Under the pieces are notes generated by a model. The model was given only the letters and a program-made list of their open reading frames with translations, did not search any database and was not told the origin of the DNA. A stretch of DNA of 64,000 nt from assembly GCA_963668675.2 (NCBI GenBank), contig CAXXMB010000001.1, positions 960,001 to 1,024,000 on the forward strand, in the 5' to 3' direction. Origin of the DNA: an uncultured Desulfatitalea sp. (lineage in GTDB: Bacteria; Desulfobacterota; Desulfobacteria; Desulfobacterales; Desulfosarcinaceae). A program made the translations under genes and the position numbers. Below, piece by piece: positions 10,208-20,191 of the stretch (positions are counted from its first letter, which is position 1; each line of letters opens with the position of its first letter).

Positions 10208-11293
10208 TTACAAATCAAGACTTCCAGGCGGTGGTTCATAAGAAACGATTCTTGTTATAAGGCTATGCTCGTTTTGCAATCTATCGCAAATCTCTTTTTT
10301 CTGTAGATTTGAACTTTCCCAATAGCTTTGGATAATCTTAAAAAGTGGTTCATCTTTTATCGATAAAGACAACGCTGCTGAAAGATAAAAATATTGCTGG
10401 CCGGTCTTTTCGTCTCCATTTAATAAAAATCTGGTACAGTAACGCAGACACAATGAACTCAGTTTTTCTTTTGCCTCAGGCAGACGGGCGCAAACCTTAT
10501 TCAAACCATATGAACTCGCTATCTCAGCAAACTGATGTGCCAACAAAAAAGGCCCGATAATTTCAATAAGACTTCCGGCAGCCTGTAATGAATCATTCTC
10601 TCCGTGTAAACGATGCTGCAAAAGAGGCTCTTTGATGTAGACCAAATCGTAGTTACAGCAAAGACTGAAATCTAAAAATCTTGTCCCATACCATCTCCCG
10701 GAGAGCTGTTGGGTCGCGTTTTTACCGTGCCCTCTATACCTACAGGTAACGTAAACAATCTGTGAAACAGAAGGATTAACCGCAGCAACCATGTAAACAG
10801 CTGCCTGACCAGAACCGGGTATGATACAGGAGCGGTTATAAAAAGGAGGTTCTTCGCTAATCGCACCTGCTTCATTGATAATAGACCGGTTAACCATGGC
10901 ATAACCACAATGTGGGTTTTCCTCTAAAGCGCGAACTGCTCGCTCTAAAAAGTCAGGCGCCATTATATCGTCGGAACACATTAGAACATGATATTTCCCC
11001 ATTCGAAAATGAGCGCAATTAATCAAATTGCTGTCAGTCCCAAAATTAAGCCTATTTTCAGCAACACTAAATATTTCTGGGTAACGATCACGATACTCCA
11101 AAGCTATCTGCCAGGAATCGTCTGTAGAGCAATTATCAGAGAAACAAATTTCGATGTTCGGATAAGTTTGTGCAAGAATGCTATCCAAACATTCTCTGAG
11201 ATAGCGTCCATAATTGTAGTTGAAAACCAACACACTGACGATTGGGTTTTCTATATCTCCAAGTTTGACTGTTCGATCGTAGTTATCCATCAA
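10208..11293 (-). CDS. GT2 family glycosyltransferase (paralog of 5490..6563)
   Basis: NYNYGRYLRECLDS, SDNCSTDDS, CSDD; shared EEPPFY/QAAVYM/HRLHGENDS blocks. Confidence 0.9.
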   Translation of the reverse strand: MMDNYDRTVKLGDIENPIVSVLVFNYNYGRYLRECLDSILAQTYPNIEICFSDNCSTDDSWQIALEYRDRYPEIFSVAENRLNFGTDSNLINCAHFRMGKYHVLMCSDDIMAPDFLERAVRALEENPHCGYAMVNRSIINEAGAISEEPPFYNRSCIIPGSGQAAVYMVAAVNPSVSQIVYVTCRYRGHGKNATQQLSGRWYGTRFLDFSLCCNYDLVYIKEPLLQHRLHGENDSLQAAGSLIEIIGPFLLAHQFAEIASSYGLNKVCARLPEAKEKLSSLCLRYCTRFLLNGDEKTGQQYFYLSAALSLSIKDEPLFKIIQSYWESSNLQKKEICDRLQNEHSLITRIVSYEPPPGSLDL

Positions 11294-12293
11294 TTGACAC
11301 CATACTATTGTGTTTCAATTGAAAACGTTTCGGCGTATAATATGTGTGAAAATCTCTCTCCCAAAAAGATGATTTGCGCTTATTAACTATAGAATCATAC
11401 ACTTCATTGTACCAAAACTGACTTATCAAGTTTGGATACTGTGCAATTGCAAGAAAAAAGTACCTTGAAGCGGATTCAAAAGATTCTTTTTCAACCTCAT
11501 CTTTGGCCAATGATATAAGCTCCATGGCAAATCGCTCCCAACAGAGATCTTTCATTTGTTGGACGCCAGTGAAGTTATATAGTTTCTCAACCGTCCTCAA
11601 TATTTTGACTTTATGATTACACAGAGAAAGAATGTGGGGATATATGATTTCATATGCATCATTTGCAAGGTACTTAAATTGTGGAACAGATATCGAGATA
11701 GCAGAATAATTAAAGCAAAGGTTTGCTTGCTTCACAAAAGGCTGATGGGTATCACTATCAACTTTCGCTATATCAGTGTCGTAAAGCGCGATAGAAGAAC
11801 CAGGCAAAGGAACCGCGATTAAATGACTCTGCAGGTGTTCAAGACCCGAAATTTCACAATTGAATTCGTAAAACCGCTCTCGTTCCTGCAGGTCTTCACT
11901 GCCCATCAGCACAAAGGCACTTCTGTTTCTATTTTTTATAGATTTGACCGCAATTGAGACAGCATTCTCGTTTAAAACAACTGCACTATCAATAGCAATA
12001 AAATATCTTCCTCTTATATTCGGGTAGTGAACTACAAAGGAATCAAAAAGGAAATCTAATCGAGATCGCAATAGCGTAATAACGCCCGGATATTCCTTTT
12101 GATATGAAACGGCACACTGCCATGAGTCGTCAGTAGTGCCGTAATCGTACAAAACCACCTCGATATTGCGATAGCTCTGCTTTAAAATAGAAAATAGGCA
12201 GGCCTTGAGTATTGAAGACTCACGCCGGTGGTTAACGACCATCGTAATTAGCGGAGTTTCATAGTCATTAAATTTCGCTTCTCGTTTATTCAT
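11283..12293 (-). CDS. Degenerate GT2-like protein
   Basis: N-terminus QSYRNIEVVLYDYGTTDDSWQ resembles the neighbouring GT2s, but the DxD-type motif is missing. Confidence 0.65.
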   Translation of the reverse strand: MNKREAKFNDYETPLITMVVNHRRESSILKACLFSILKQSYRNIEVVLYDYGTTDDSWQCAVSYQKEYPGVITLLRSRLDFLFDSFVVHYPNIRGRYFIAIDSAVVLNENAVSIAVKSIKNRNRSAFVLMGSEDLQERERFYEFNCEISGLEHLQSHLIAVPLPGSSIALYDTDIAKVDSDTHQPFVKQANLCFNYSAISISVPQFKYLANDAYEIIYPHILSLCNHKVKILRTVEKLYNFTGVQQMKDLCWERFAMELISLAKDEVEKESFESASRYFFLAIAQYPNLISQFWYNEVYDSIVNKRKSSFWERDFHTYYTPKRFQLKHNSMVSIDG

Positions 12294-12338
12294 ACAAGAT
12301 ATTTCCTAATCCTGCGAGGCCTTGCCTCCATTACGATA

Positions 12339-13490
12339 TCAAGTGCTTGCGTAAAGCACCGTTTCATAAGTAAAACTTGTGTAATTTCGAAGGTGAAATT
12401 TGTATCCAACCTTTAGGCTGTTCAAGTAGAGCGGGATCTCCCACAGATGAGACGGATTATGATATACACAGACAGCTAAATCAGGTTGTTGTTTTCGCAA
12501 CATGCTTTCAGCGCCTTTCAAGGCCATTTTTTCCATCCCCTCAATATCCATACATATGAAAGTTGGTTTGAAGCCAGGGAGCACGCCATCCAGCGAAATC
12601 CCCTGTACAAATGAATCGCCTGTTTCTGAAATTCTCGACCCTAAACCATCGCTGCTGATAAAAGGCATCATCGCTTCTTTATCACAAACGGCACAGGGAA
12701 ATGCTACCACTTCATTCGCGATACTATTATTTTCTTTCATTAAATATTTAGTGAGACGTGAAAATATTTTTTGCTCCGGTTCAAAACAAAACACTGTGGA
12801 TACTTTTCCTTGATTTTTGTTCAATAATTTTATCGTATCACCATCATAAGCACCACAATTGATAACATCGGAGTAACCCTTTTTGAGTTGTATGTCTTTG
12901 GGAAAATATTGTTCCTCTCTGGGACTATCCGGTATGGGGACAGGTTTGCGTTGAATATGGGTTTTTATACAACTTGTGTAGACCTCAAGACTCATTTTAT
13001 CCTCAAAGAGATCTACGGCTTTTAAAATTTCGTTCGTATTATCACTATAAAACTGGAACCCATTTTGAGATAAAGCTACTGGCAAGTTAAAAGGGTTATG
13101 AATTTCATAAATATCCATTAAATATATTATTTCTTTAAAGCCGATCGCCTTTAATTTTCGGACAATTTCCCCATGATGCACCTTTTTTCCTACACAGATT
13201 ACAGCCACTTTTGATTCAAACTCTCGATCGCTGACATGGTACTCATCCGGAGAAAAAGCCGGAATTCCGTATATATCCTGGCCTTTATGTAACACTCGAT
13301 CCAAAACGGCAGTTGGTTTGTAGCCATACATTTTCATCACGACCTCGAAAAACCAATGACTGCACTCACCAGCGCCATAGATTACTATTTCGCGGTTTTT
13401 GAACATCTTGTCTATATAGGCGGCATCCTCAGGAAATGATCCCTTCATGAGGATATTCTTCAGATCAATTTTATATCGATTTCGATTCAT
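12339..13490 (-). CDS. FkbM family methyltransferase
   Basis: NCGAYDGDT, FEPE, MDIEGME..ALKGA, VCVYH. Confidence 0.9.
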   Translation of the reverse strand: MNRNRYKIDLKNILMKGSFPEDAAYIDKMFKNREIVIYGAGECSHWFFEVVMKMYGYKPTAVLDRVLHKGQDIYGIPAFSPDEYHVSDREFESKVAVICVGKKVHHGEIVRKLKAIGFKEIIYLMDIYEIHNPFNLPVALSQNGFQFYSDNTNEILKAVDLFEDKMSLEVYTSCIKTHIQRKPVPIPDSPREEQYFPKDIQLKKGYSDVINCGAYDGDTIKLLNKNQGKVSTVFCFEPEQKIFSRLTKYLMKENNSIANEVVAFPCAVCDKEAMMPFISSDGLGSRISETGDSFVQGISLDGVLPGFKPTFICMDIEGMEKMALKGAESMLRKQQPDLAVCVYHNPSHLWEIPLYLNSLKVGYKFHLRNYTSFTYETVLYAST

Positions 13491-13501
13491 ACACAGAATC
13501 C

Positions 13502-14980
13502 TCAGAAATTAATCTCGTCTTCTCGTTCGAATTCCCAAATACTGGTGCTACCACTTGCAACTCTTTCTACCTTTCCAAGAATATCTTCGCGATGCTGCTT
13601 CGGGGCTGCGACTAGGATGATATCAGGGTCAAGTTTCGATATCGATCCGTAATCATAAATCGGGATTCCTTTGATTCTTTTTCCTTGCAAAACCGGATCT
13701 CTATCGACAAAACCGACAATATCGCCTTGACCGATCTGGGGATCTTCCAAAAGGCTTTCCGTCAGATTACAAGCCGGAACAAGCAACAATCGTTTACCTT
13801 CCAAGAATGTTTTTTCTGACGATTTGACCGTTCGTAAAATTCTCAGTGGCTTTGTATAGAATTTATTACCGCTACTTTCTGCAGAGCTTGTTTCCTTTCG
13901 AAAGTTGCACAGGGCAAGCTCTGCATCCAATTTAAGATCCACTTTTTTGCTTTCAGCGGTTGCTTGTTTGGTTTTTTCTAAAAGAATTTTACCGTGCTTT
14001 CCGATGGCGGCAAGGTGATTTTCCGTAAAATGCCCTGCTGTCACACCATGTTTCTTTAACAGTCGGTAAGTTTTTGCATATGCATTTACGTGCTTTGAAA
14101 AATCATATCCTCCGAAATCTTCAACGCTAGGCGATATCCCCTTCAAGGGTTCAAAATCGAAGGTGAGCCAGACTCTCTGCGGTCGTATGGCGAGCATTGC
14201 GTATGAAAATCCTGCAACGTCGTCATCACTGCAATTTTCTTCACAGAAAATGTACTTAACGGACAAAAAGCCTCCGCCTTGATTTCCTGCATGGGCATAC
14301 CGGGATAGATTTTCCACGACCTGCAAAAAAGCGTCGGCCCCCTTTACGCGTTTGAAAGTCGAAGGGCATCCTGCATCGAGGGAGGTGCAGACCCATCGGA
14401 TGTTCCCCTTTACAATACCATCATAGACGGAACGGCGAAAACGTACCCCGTTGGTATAGAGGTAAATACGGATGCGGCGAGAGTTAAAATATTCGATATA
14501 GTCTGAAAAATCAGGTAAAAGCGTCGGTTCCCCACCATTAAAATCTACCGCAGCATCCCACTCCACATCTTTGGGTTTAAACTCGCGTAGAATCGATAGT
14601 GCATCATACTTTGCCGGCTTGAAATTATTGCTGAGGGTGTACCCACAAAAACAGCACCTGAGGTTACATAGCGTTGAAGCTGCGAGATCAATATGACCTA
14701 ATCTTGAAAAATTGACGTCGTTGTACTTCTTTTTCACGACCATGTGACATGATTTACAGGTGATATCACTCTTGTCATCATTAAGAAGGTCGAACAACCA
14801 TCGCCTTTTTTCGACAATCATCTCTTTCGTGATTTTCGCCCGTCCTGCCTCCGATGCTGACCAGTATATCGGCGATGAAAACGGACCCAATTGGCAAGCA
14901 TGCACTCCCTCTATTCCCAATCTCAGTCCGCTTTCAAGCTTTCTACAACTTTTGACAATATCATCCGGATGAAACTTCAT
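13502..14980 (-). CDS. Radical SAM protein with C-terminal Rossmann-like module
   Basis: CNLRCCFC, GGEPTL, YTNG, SLDAG. Confidence 0.85.
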   Translation of the reverse strand: MKFHPDDIVKSCRKLESGLRLGIEGVHACQLGPFSSPIYWSASEAGRAKITKEMIVEKRRWLFDLLNDDKSDITCKSCHMVVKKKYNDVNFSRLGHIDLAASTLCNLRCCFCGYTLSNNFKPAKYDALSILREFKPKDVEWDAAVDFNGGEPTLLPDFSDYIEYFNSRRIRIYLYTNGVRFRRSVYDGIVKGNIRWVCTSLDAGCPSTFKRVKGADAFLQVVENLSRYAHAGNQGGGFLSVKYIFCEENCSDDDVAGFSYAMLAIRPQRVWLTFDFEPLKGISPSVEDFGGYDFSKHVNAYAKTYRLLKKHGVTAGHFTENHLAAIGKHGKILLEKTKQATAESKKVDLKLDAELALCNFRKETSSAESSGNKFYTKPLRILRTVKSSEKTFLEGKRLLLVPACNLTESLLEDPQIGQGDIVGFVDRDPVLQGKRIKGIPIYDYGSISKLDPDIILVAAPKQHREDILGKVERVASGSTSIWEFEREDEINF

Positions 14981-16149
14981 CGATATTCATCCCCTTTATT
15001 TAAATTTAAATTTGTCGCCCAAGACATAAATGCCATGGCTCTATGAGCAGCCTGTTCCAGTTCCATTCCACGGTACTCCTGAGCACCAATCCATCGGCCG
15101 TTCACATCATAATCCAGAATGGCTCCAAGCAAAATTCCGGGAAAAACACTTTCGATCGGATGAGGCGCATCGGGACCTCCCATATCCGTTTTCAGCCAAC
15201 CTGGATCCACGAGACTCAACATTACGCCGGTACCTCTCAAGCTCGGAGCGTAGTCATACACAAATTTATTCAATGCTTCCTTGCTGCATGCATAGGCTAT
15301 TTCTTTGGGTCGATTTTTAATACTGCTTGTAACATTGACAATGCGACCAAAACCTTTATCTGCCATTTTTGGGAAATAATGGTAGCAGATTATAATAGGA
15401 GCTATTGTATTTACCGCAAATACCCTATTGAATCGCTCATCCACACAATCAAGGTTTTCCGCTGAATCCTTAGGAGATATTCCTGCATTGTTGAAAATAA
15501 TATCCACATTGGGTACCGATTGATCGATCGACATCAGCATCTGTGCAATCTCTTCTTTTATTTCGAGTCTAGCGGCGACATTATGCGTTTGAACGCCTAA
15601 AGCCAAACACTCCTCACAGACCTTCTTAGTATTAGCCTTGCTTCTACCGTGAAGGATGACGTTTGAACCGAGCCTTGCCATCTCCCTTGCGATAAGACGC
15701 CCGCACCCGCGGCTGGCACCGGTAACGAGCGTCCATTTTCCTTGAACTGAATTTACCGGCACGGACCGTTTTTGAAAATATTCAACTTCAATTGGTAGTC
15801 TTACAATACTGTCGATTGCATTATAAACGCGCTTGTATAGGGCAAGGTATATTTCATTAATTCCCATTTTAACAAGCTGTTCAAATATCACTTCATGATT
15901 TTTTATTGTAATAACAACCGCTACATTTCCATCTAAATCCTCGAGTGCGCTTGGTGAAATACATTTTACACCTGAAAAGTATTTGTTCCATTTCTCTGGT
16001 GCATTATCACATAAGAAATCTGGTTTTCGACCGAACGCCGTTACCAATTGACCAAAACACTCTTCGGCTAACGCACCCATACCGAAAAAGCAGACAATAC
16101 GGTCGCTCGAAGTATGGGAATCTTTAGTATTTTTCTGATATCCAATCAT
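14977..16149 (-). CDS. SDR oxidoreductase with N-terminal Rossmann-like module
   Basis: VTGASRGCG, NNAG, YACSK, PGWLKTDMGG. Confidence 0.88.
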   Translation of the reverse strand: MIGYQKNTKDSHTSSDRIVCFFGMGALAEECFGQLVTAFGRKPDFLCDNAPEKWNKYFSGVKCISPSALEDLDGNVAVVITIKNHEVIFEQLVKMGINEIYLALYKRVYNAIDSIVRLPIEVEYFQKRSVPVNSVQGKWTLVTGASRGCGRLIAREMARLGSNVILHGRSKANTKKVCEECLALGVQTHNVAARLEIKEEIAQMLMSIDQSVPNVDIIFNNAGISPKDSAENLDCVDERFNRVFAVNTIAPIIICYHYFPKMADKGFGRIVNVTSSIKNRPKEIAYACSKEALNKFVYDYAPSLRGTGVMLSLVDPGWLKTDMGGPDAPHPIESVFPGILLGAILDYDVNGRWIGAQEYRGMELEQAAHRAMAFMSWATNLNLNKGDEYR

Positions 16150-16192
16150 GTTATACGGTCATAAATCCTTATCGGGTTTCTTCACAAGCCTT

Positions 16193-17626
16193 TTATTTTA
16201 TAGGTGTATCGGACGGAACCAAAAAGTGTGCATACTTTTGAATTAGGATTGGATTCTTAATAACGTGATCTCTTTCGAAACCATTTTTGATCAACTGTCT
16301 ATATATGGGCTCAAGCCCTTTTATAGTTGTTATGAAAACAATGCTGTTTTTATGGTGATTCTTTAATGTGTCAAATGTTATAATAGGTACGCCATTGCAA
16401 AAATCGTCATTATCCTTCTTCGCCCGGTTATCACAAACAAAATCAGGCATAACGTCAAAATACTGCAAAATTTTAGAAAGATGCTTTCCTGCAGAACCTG
16501 CTCCAAACAGTACAAGTGGCTTGTTTTGTTCTAACAGGTAACTCTTTTTTTTGTCAAAAAGAGAACTTAAAAAGTCTTTCTTGCAATAATTATGTACACT
16601 TTGTTTCGGTATCGGGCTGTTGTCATCATCACATGCTATTTTGATTAGCTTTTGAGCCTCTATTTGTTCTTTTTCTGTTAACCTGTTCGTCCTCAGGCCC
16701 AGCCTATGTTCCAATCGTTGTAGCTGATATAAAAACATTTGTCTCATCTGTTTTTTGAAATTTTCAGTATCGGGCACAGGATGGTTCCAATTTATCGAAT
16801 GAAAGGTCGTTTCATCGTACATAGGAAGGTAATTTTTTATAATGGAGACTCTGGGATTATCAAGCTGAGTGAAAGTGAATACGACTGGAATTCCCATCGC
16901 CACACACGGCATCGCAGTATGGATCCTGCTCGTAATGACAAAAGTTGCTTCTGACTTCAACTGCTGCAATCGCTCATACGCCATTGCATCAATTTTCTCG
17001 ACATCTTCATCACATATTGGAAAAACGCCTGAAGGAAAGGTTCCCTCCTGTGAAAGATATACACAATTTTTTCTTAAATTTTCAGGGATAAATTGGTTCA
17101 CATCATTGAGTGCATCAATGAGGAAAGTTTTATTTTCATAGGGATGTTGTTTTCTCTTTTCTATCGTCATAGTCATACATCCGGAAAAATATGCCTTAAC
17201 GCCTAAACTTCTCAAATAATCTCGTGATCCGAAGTCTCTGCATCCGATCGGTTCGTAACTTTTCATCGATCGAATAAATCGCTCGTTCTTACTCAAAAGC
17301 TCCCAACTTCCTTCATTCAAGTAAAATCCAAAATAGAGCGGGTGAATTTTTAAATTAGATATGGGAAGGGGGCATGTTTCGGGGCTTAACCCGAACCATC
17401 CCTGTGCAATCAATATTCCTTTTTCTGTTTTCGGATGCGTTATAGCCAGGTCGTCTCTGTTAATTGGCAAAATATCCTTCTCAGGAATTCCTGCTTTAGT
17501 CAAAATGTTTTTTACTGCTATAGACTGAACATTGTCACCGATACTAAACCTTCGAACACCTAAGTATTTATATCGGAGATAATAATATTTTATGTCCGGT
17601 CCATTCACTTTTTTACCTGGAGTCAT
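16193..17626 (-). CDS. Polysaccharide pyruvyltransferase family protein (paralog of 8748..10205)
   Basis: IGDNVQSIA, PIGCRD, TSRIHTAMPCVAMGIPV; C-terminal LVLFGAG. Confidence 0.8.
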   Translation of the reverse strand: MTPGKKVNGPDIKYYYLRYKYLGVRRFSIGDNVQSIAVKNILTKAGIPEKDILPINRDDLAITHPKTEKGILIAQGWFGLSPETCPLPISNLKIHPLYFGFYLNEGSWELLSKNERFIRSMKSYEPIGCRDFGSRDYLRSLGVKAYFSGCMTMTIEKRKQHPYENKTFLIDALNDVNQFIPENLRKNCVYLSQEGTFPSGVFPICDEDVEKIDAMAYERLQQLKSEATFVITSRIHTAMPCVAMGIPVVFTFTQLDNPRVSIIKNYLPMYDETTFHSINWNHPVPDTENFKKQMRQMFLYQLQRLEHRLGLRTNRLTEKEQIEAQKLIKIACDDDNSPIPKQSVHNYCKKDFLSSLFDKKKSYLLEQNKPLVLFGAGSAGKHLSKILQYFDVMPDFVCDNRAKKDNDDFCNGVPIITFDTLKNHHKNSIVFITTIKGLEPIYRQLIKNGFERDHVIKNPILIQKYAHFLVPSDTPIK

Positions 17627-17692
17627 ATATCTTATCCTTGAAAACTTGAAACGGAACTAATGGGTCGGTCAATCTATGATGATCTGCAATAT

Positions 17693-18649
17693 TTACATGA
17701 TATGACTACGATTTAATATAAATCGGGATTCCAAAACGATAGTGTCAATTGATGTATACTTTGGCTGGTATCCGAGTGTTGTTACTTTTCTATATTCGGA
17801 AGCATATGTATGCTTGAAACCTGTTGGGCTCTTATCAGCAACATTAGGGGCTAATGCGTATTTCAGTCCAAAGTGATTTGAAAAATGACTCAAAATCTCA
17901 TTTTTGGTAACGCGACCTGCACTGTAGACATCAAATGCATCATTTATCGATTGTGTGTCGATGATGGATTGAATCAATGCGAAGAGATCAGAGGGGTGTA
18001 CAAAGTCGCGTATGATATTTGAAGATTCAGTAACTAACTCCGTACGGTTTAATATACTATTAATGACATCCGTAATAAAATACCCGTCACAAAGATCGAT
18101 GAACCGACTGAAGTATGAAAACAGCCTGAGATCGACGATATTCAGTTTTTGAAAAGCACGATGTTTGGTCTCCGCATTGATCCTGGCGATCATGTAATAA
18201 TCTTCAGGCACCATCCGATTTATCTGGAAATGTGTGGCGGTTGCTTCATCCACTGGTTTTGAATGGCCGCGACCGTATACCAATCCGCTACTCAAGCTGA
18301 TATAGATCGCGTCGGGATTCTTTTCCCTGAGGTAATTGATTGCCAGGTTGTCAAACTGTTCGGTCGTGGTAAAATATTTTGTATAGTCGCCTCGTAGGTT
18401 GCGCTGCGTGCCCACACCGATGCAATTGATGATCACATCATGTGTTCCGGATAAAAACGCCGTGAAGCCTTCTGTTAAAACGCAATCGTCATTGACGCTT
18501 GCACCTATGCTCTTTAGAAAAACAAGCACCCCGTGTCCAGATCTGGCAAAAAGATTTAAACGATTGACACCATCACGAAGAAAATTGAAAATCAACCCTT
18601 TCGCAATGTGTGACGTGGCGCCAATAATGGCTACAGCCTTTTTACTCAT
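17693..18649 (-). CDS. NAD-dependent epimerase/dehydratase (extended SDR)
   Basis: IIGATSHIA, SSGLVYG, Y...R in place of YxxxK, RDFVH. Confidence 0.8.
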   Translation of the reverse strand: MSKKAVAIIGATSHIAKGLIFNFLRDGVNRLNLFARSGHGVLVFLKSIGASVNDDCVLTEGFTAFLSGTHDVIINCIGVGTQRNLRGDYTKYFTTTEQFDNLAINYLREKNPDAIYISLSSGLVYGRGHSKPVDEATATHFQINRMVPEDYYMIARINAETKHRAFQKLNIVDLRLFSYFSRFIDLCDGYFITDVINSILNRTELVTESSNIIRDFVHPSDLFALIQSIIDTQSINDAFDVYSAGRVTKNEILSHFSNHFGLKYALAPNVADKSPTGFKHTYASEYRKVTTLGYQPKYTSIDTIVLESRFILNRSHIM

Positions 18650-19658
18650 AGTGATTCTTCAATCGCTCGGCGTCATTGGCCAATTCATCTTCAGGGAACA
18701 ATCGATATTTGATCATACTGCACCGGCTGCAAACCCCGGAAGCCATTTCAATGCCGTCTAACATATTTCGTCTGAAGCTTTTAAATTCTTTCCCGTTCCA
18801 GATATCAACCATGGTTTGATTCTCAACGTTTCCAATAATGGATGGGTATTCAAATGAGTAGCAGGGAACCACATTCCCGTCTGGATTAATTTGCATCGTA
18901 AAAAAGGGCTGTGGGCAGATTTTGACATCTTTAACTGGAAGACCGAATTGGGTAATAGCGCTTTTGTCGGAATCCAAAAGATGTTCGAAATCAACACCGG
19001 CGTGTATGGGCACCGCATGCTCGACGGCAATGGTGTCGCAGATATCGCCGAACATCTCATAGAACGCATTCTCGTCCTTTTCGCCCTCCAGGGCGCAGTC
19101 GATGATCTTCACATACATCTGGGCACTCCCTTTATTCTTGTAGAAGTACTCCAGATTCTCGATCAACTGCGCCATTTCGATAGTCGCGCCGCACACCTCT
19201 CGATAGCGCCGCCGGGAGGTGCCCTGAATCGAGACCACCAGCCGTGTCAGTCCGGCCGCGATGAGTGCGTCCGACATTCGGGGCGTCAGCAGGGATGCAT
19301 TGGTCAACAGCTCCAGGACATGGGCGACATCCTTAGAGGCGGCGTAGGCTACCATCTGGGCGATCTTTTTGTGCAGCAGGGGCTCGCCGATGCCCACGAA
19401 TCGCAGCACCTTGATCTTTTGTCCGAACCCGGTCATATCGTCGACCGCTTTTTCAAAAAGACCCATCGACATGCTCACCTTGTCTGAAATGAAGTGCCGC
19501 TTGGCCATGTCGACCGAAAAGATGCAATACCCGCAGCGGAAGTTGCATCCGTAGAACGGAAAAATCTGTACCACAAAAGGGGTCTCCAACGGCAGCACCT
19601 CTGCCAGCGGTGTTCGTTTGCCTCCGGGTGCTTGTCCGCTGATCTCTTTGGCCTTCAC
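18642..19658 (-). CDS. Radical SAM/SPASM domain protein
   Basis: CNFRCGYC, GEPLLH; CPQPF...DGNVVPC...CSRC. Confidence 0.9.
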   Translation of the reverse strand: MKAKEISGQAPGGKRTPLAEVLPLETPFVVQIFPFYGCNFRCGYCIFSVDMAKRHFISDKVSMSMGLFEKAVDDMTGFGQKIKVLRFVGIGEPLLHKKIAQMVAYAASKDVAHVLELLTNASLLTPRMSDALIAAGLTRLVVSIQGTSRRRYREVCGATIEMAQLIENLEYFYKNKGSAQMYVKIIDCALEGEKDENAFYEMFGDICDTIAVEHAVPIHAGVDFEHLLDSDKSAITQFGLPVKDVKICPQPFFTMQINPDGNVVPCYSFEYPSIIGNVENQTMVDIWNGKEFKSFRRNMLDGIEMASGVCSRCSMIKYRLFPEDELANDAERLKNHYE

Positions 19659-19682
19659 TTCAAATCTCCCTGCCGAAAGGCA

Positions 19683-20177
19683 TCAAATGTATTTCCGATA
19701 GATATCATGGTAGCGGATCATGTTCTCCGGACAGCGCACATGCCATTGCAGGTAGCCCGGATCGTTTTTTTTTAAACCCCTGTTTTCAGGTACGAATGAC
19801 CGTGATAGGGCGCAGCGGTATAAGATGGAGATAAAGTGCCCCCTGTTGCGGTGCTTGTGGTGGATCAATTGATTCATGGTCACTGGCTCGGGGTCGAAAG
19901 CCACGTTCGTCCCGATCTCTGTCTCGGCCACCTTACGGACCCGCGCTTCAAATGTCTCCTTGTATCGCACGATGCCGCCGGGGAGATGCCAGCCGGTACC
20001 GGCATACATATCGTCGCGCCACGCCAAAAGGGTTCTCCCCTCCTCGTCCTTGATCAGCAGATCCACGTTCACCAGAGGGGTCGTGCGGCTGATGAAATAG
20101 AAGATGTCATCTGGCAGTCCCACAGTGGGGTCATCGATGTGGTGATCCAGGACGGTGATGGCGTCATCGAGTTTCAT
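19683..20177 (-). CDS. NUDIX hydrolase, GDP-mannose mannosyl hydrolase-like
   Basis: TPLVNVDLLI, WHLPGGIVRYKETF...AETEIG. Confidence 0.8.
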   Translation of the reverse strand: MKLDDAITVLDHHIDDPTVGLPDDIFYFISRTTPLVNVDLLIKDEEGRTLLAWRDDMYAGTGWHLPGGIVRYKETFEARVRKVAETEIGTNVAFDPEPVTMNQLIHHKHRNRGHFISILYRCALSRSFVPENRGLKKNDPGYLQWHVRCPENMIRYHDIYRKYI

Positions 20178-20191
20178 GGGACTCCCCGTGC

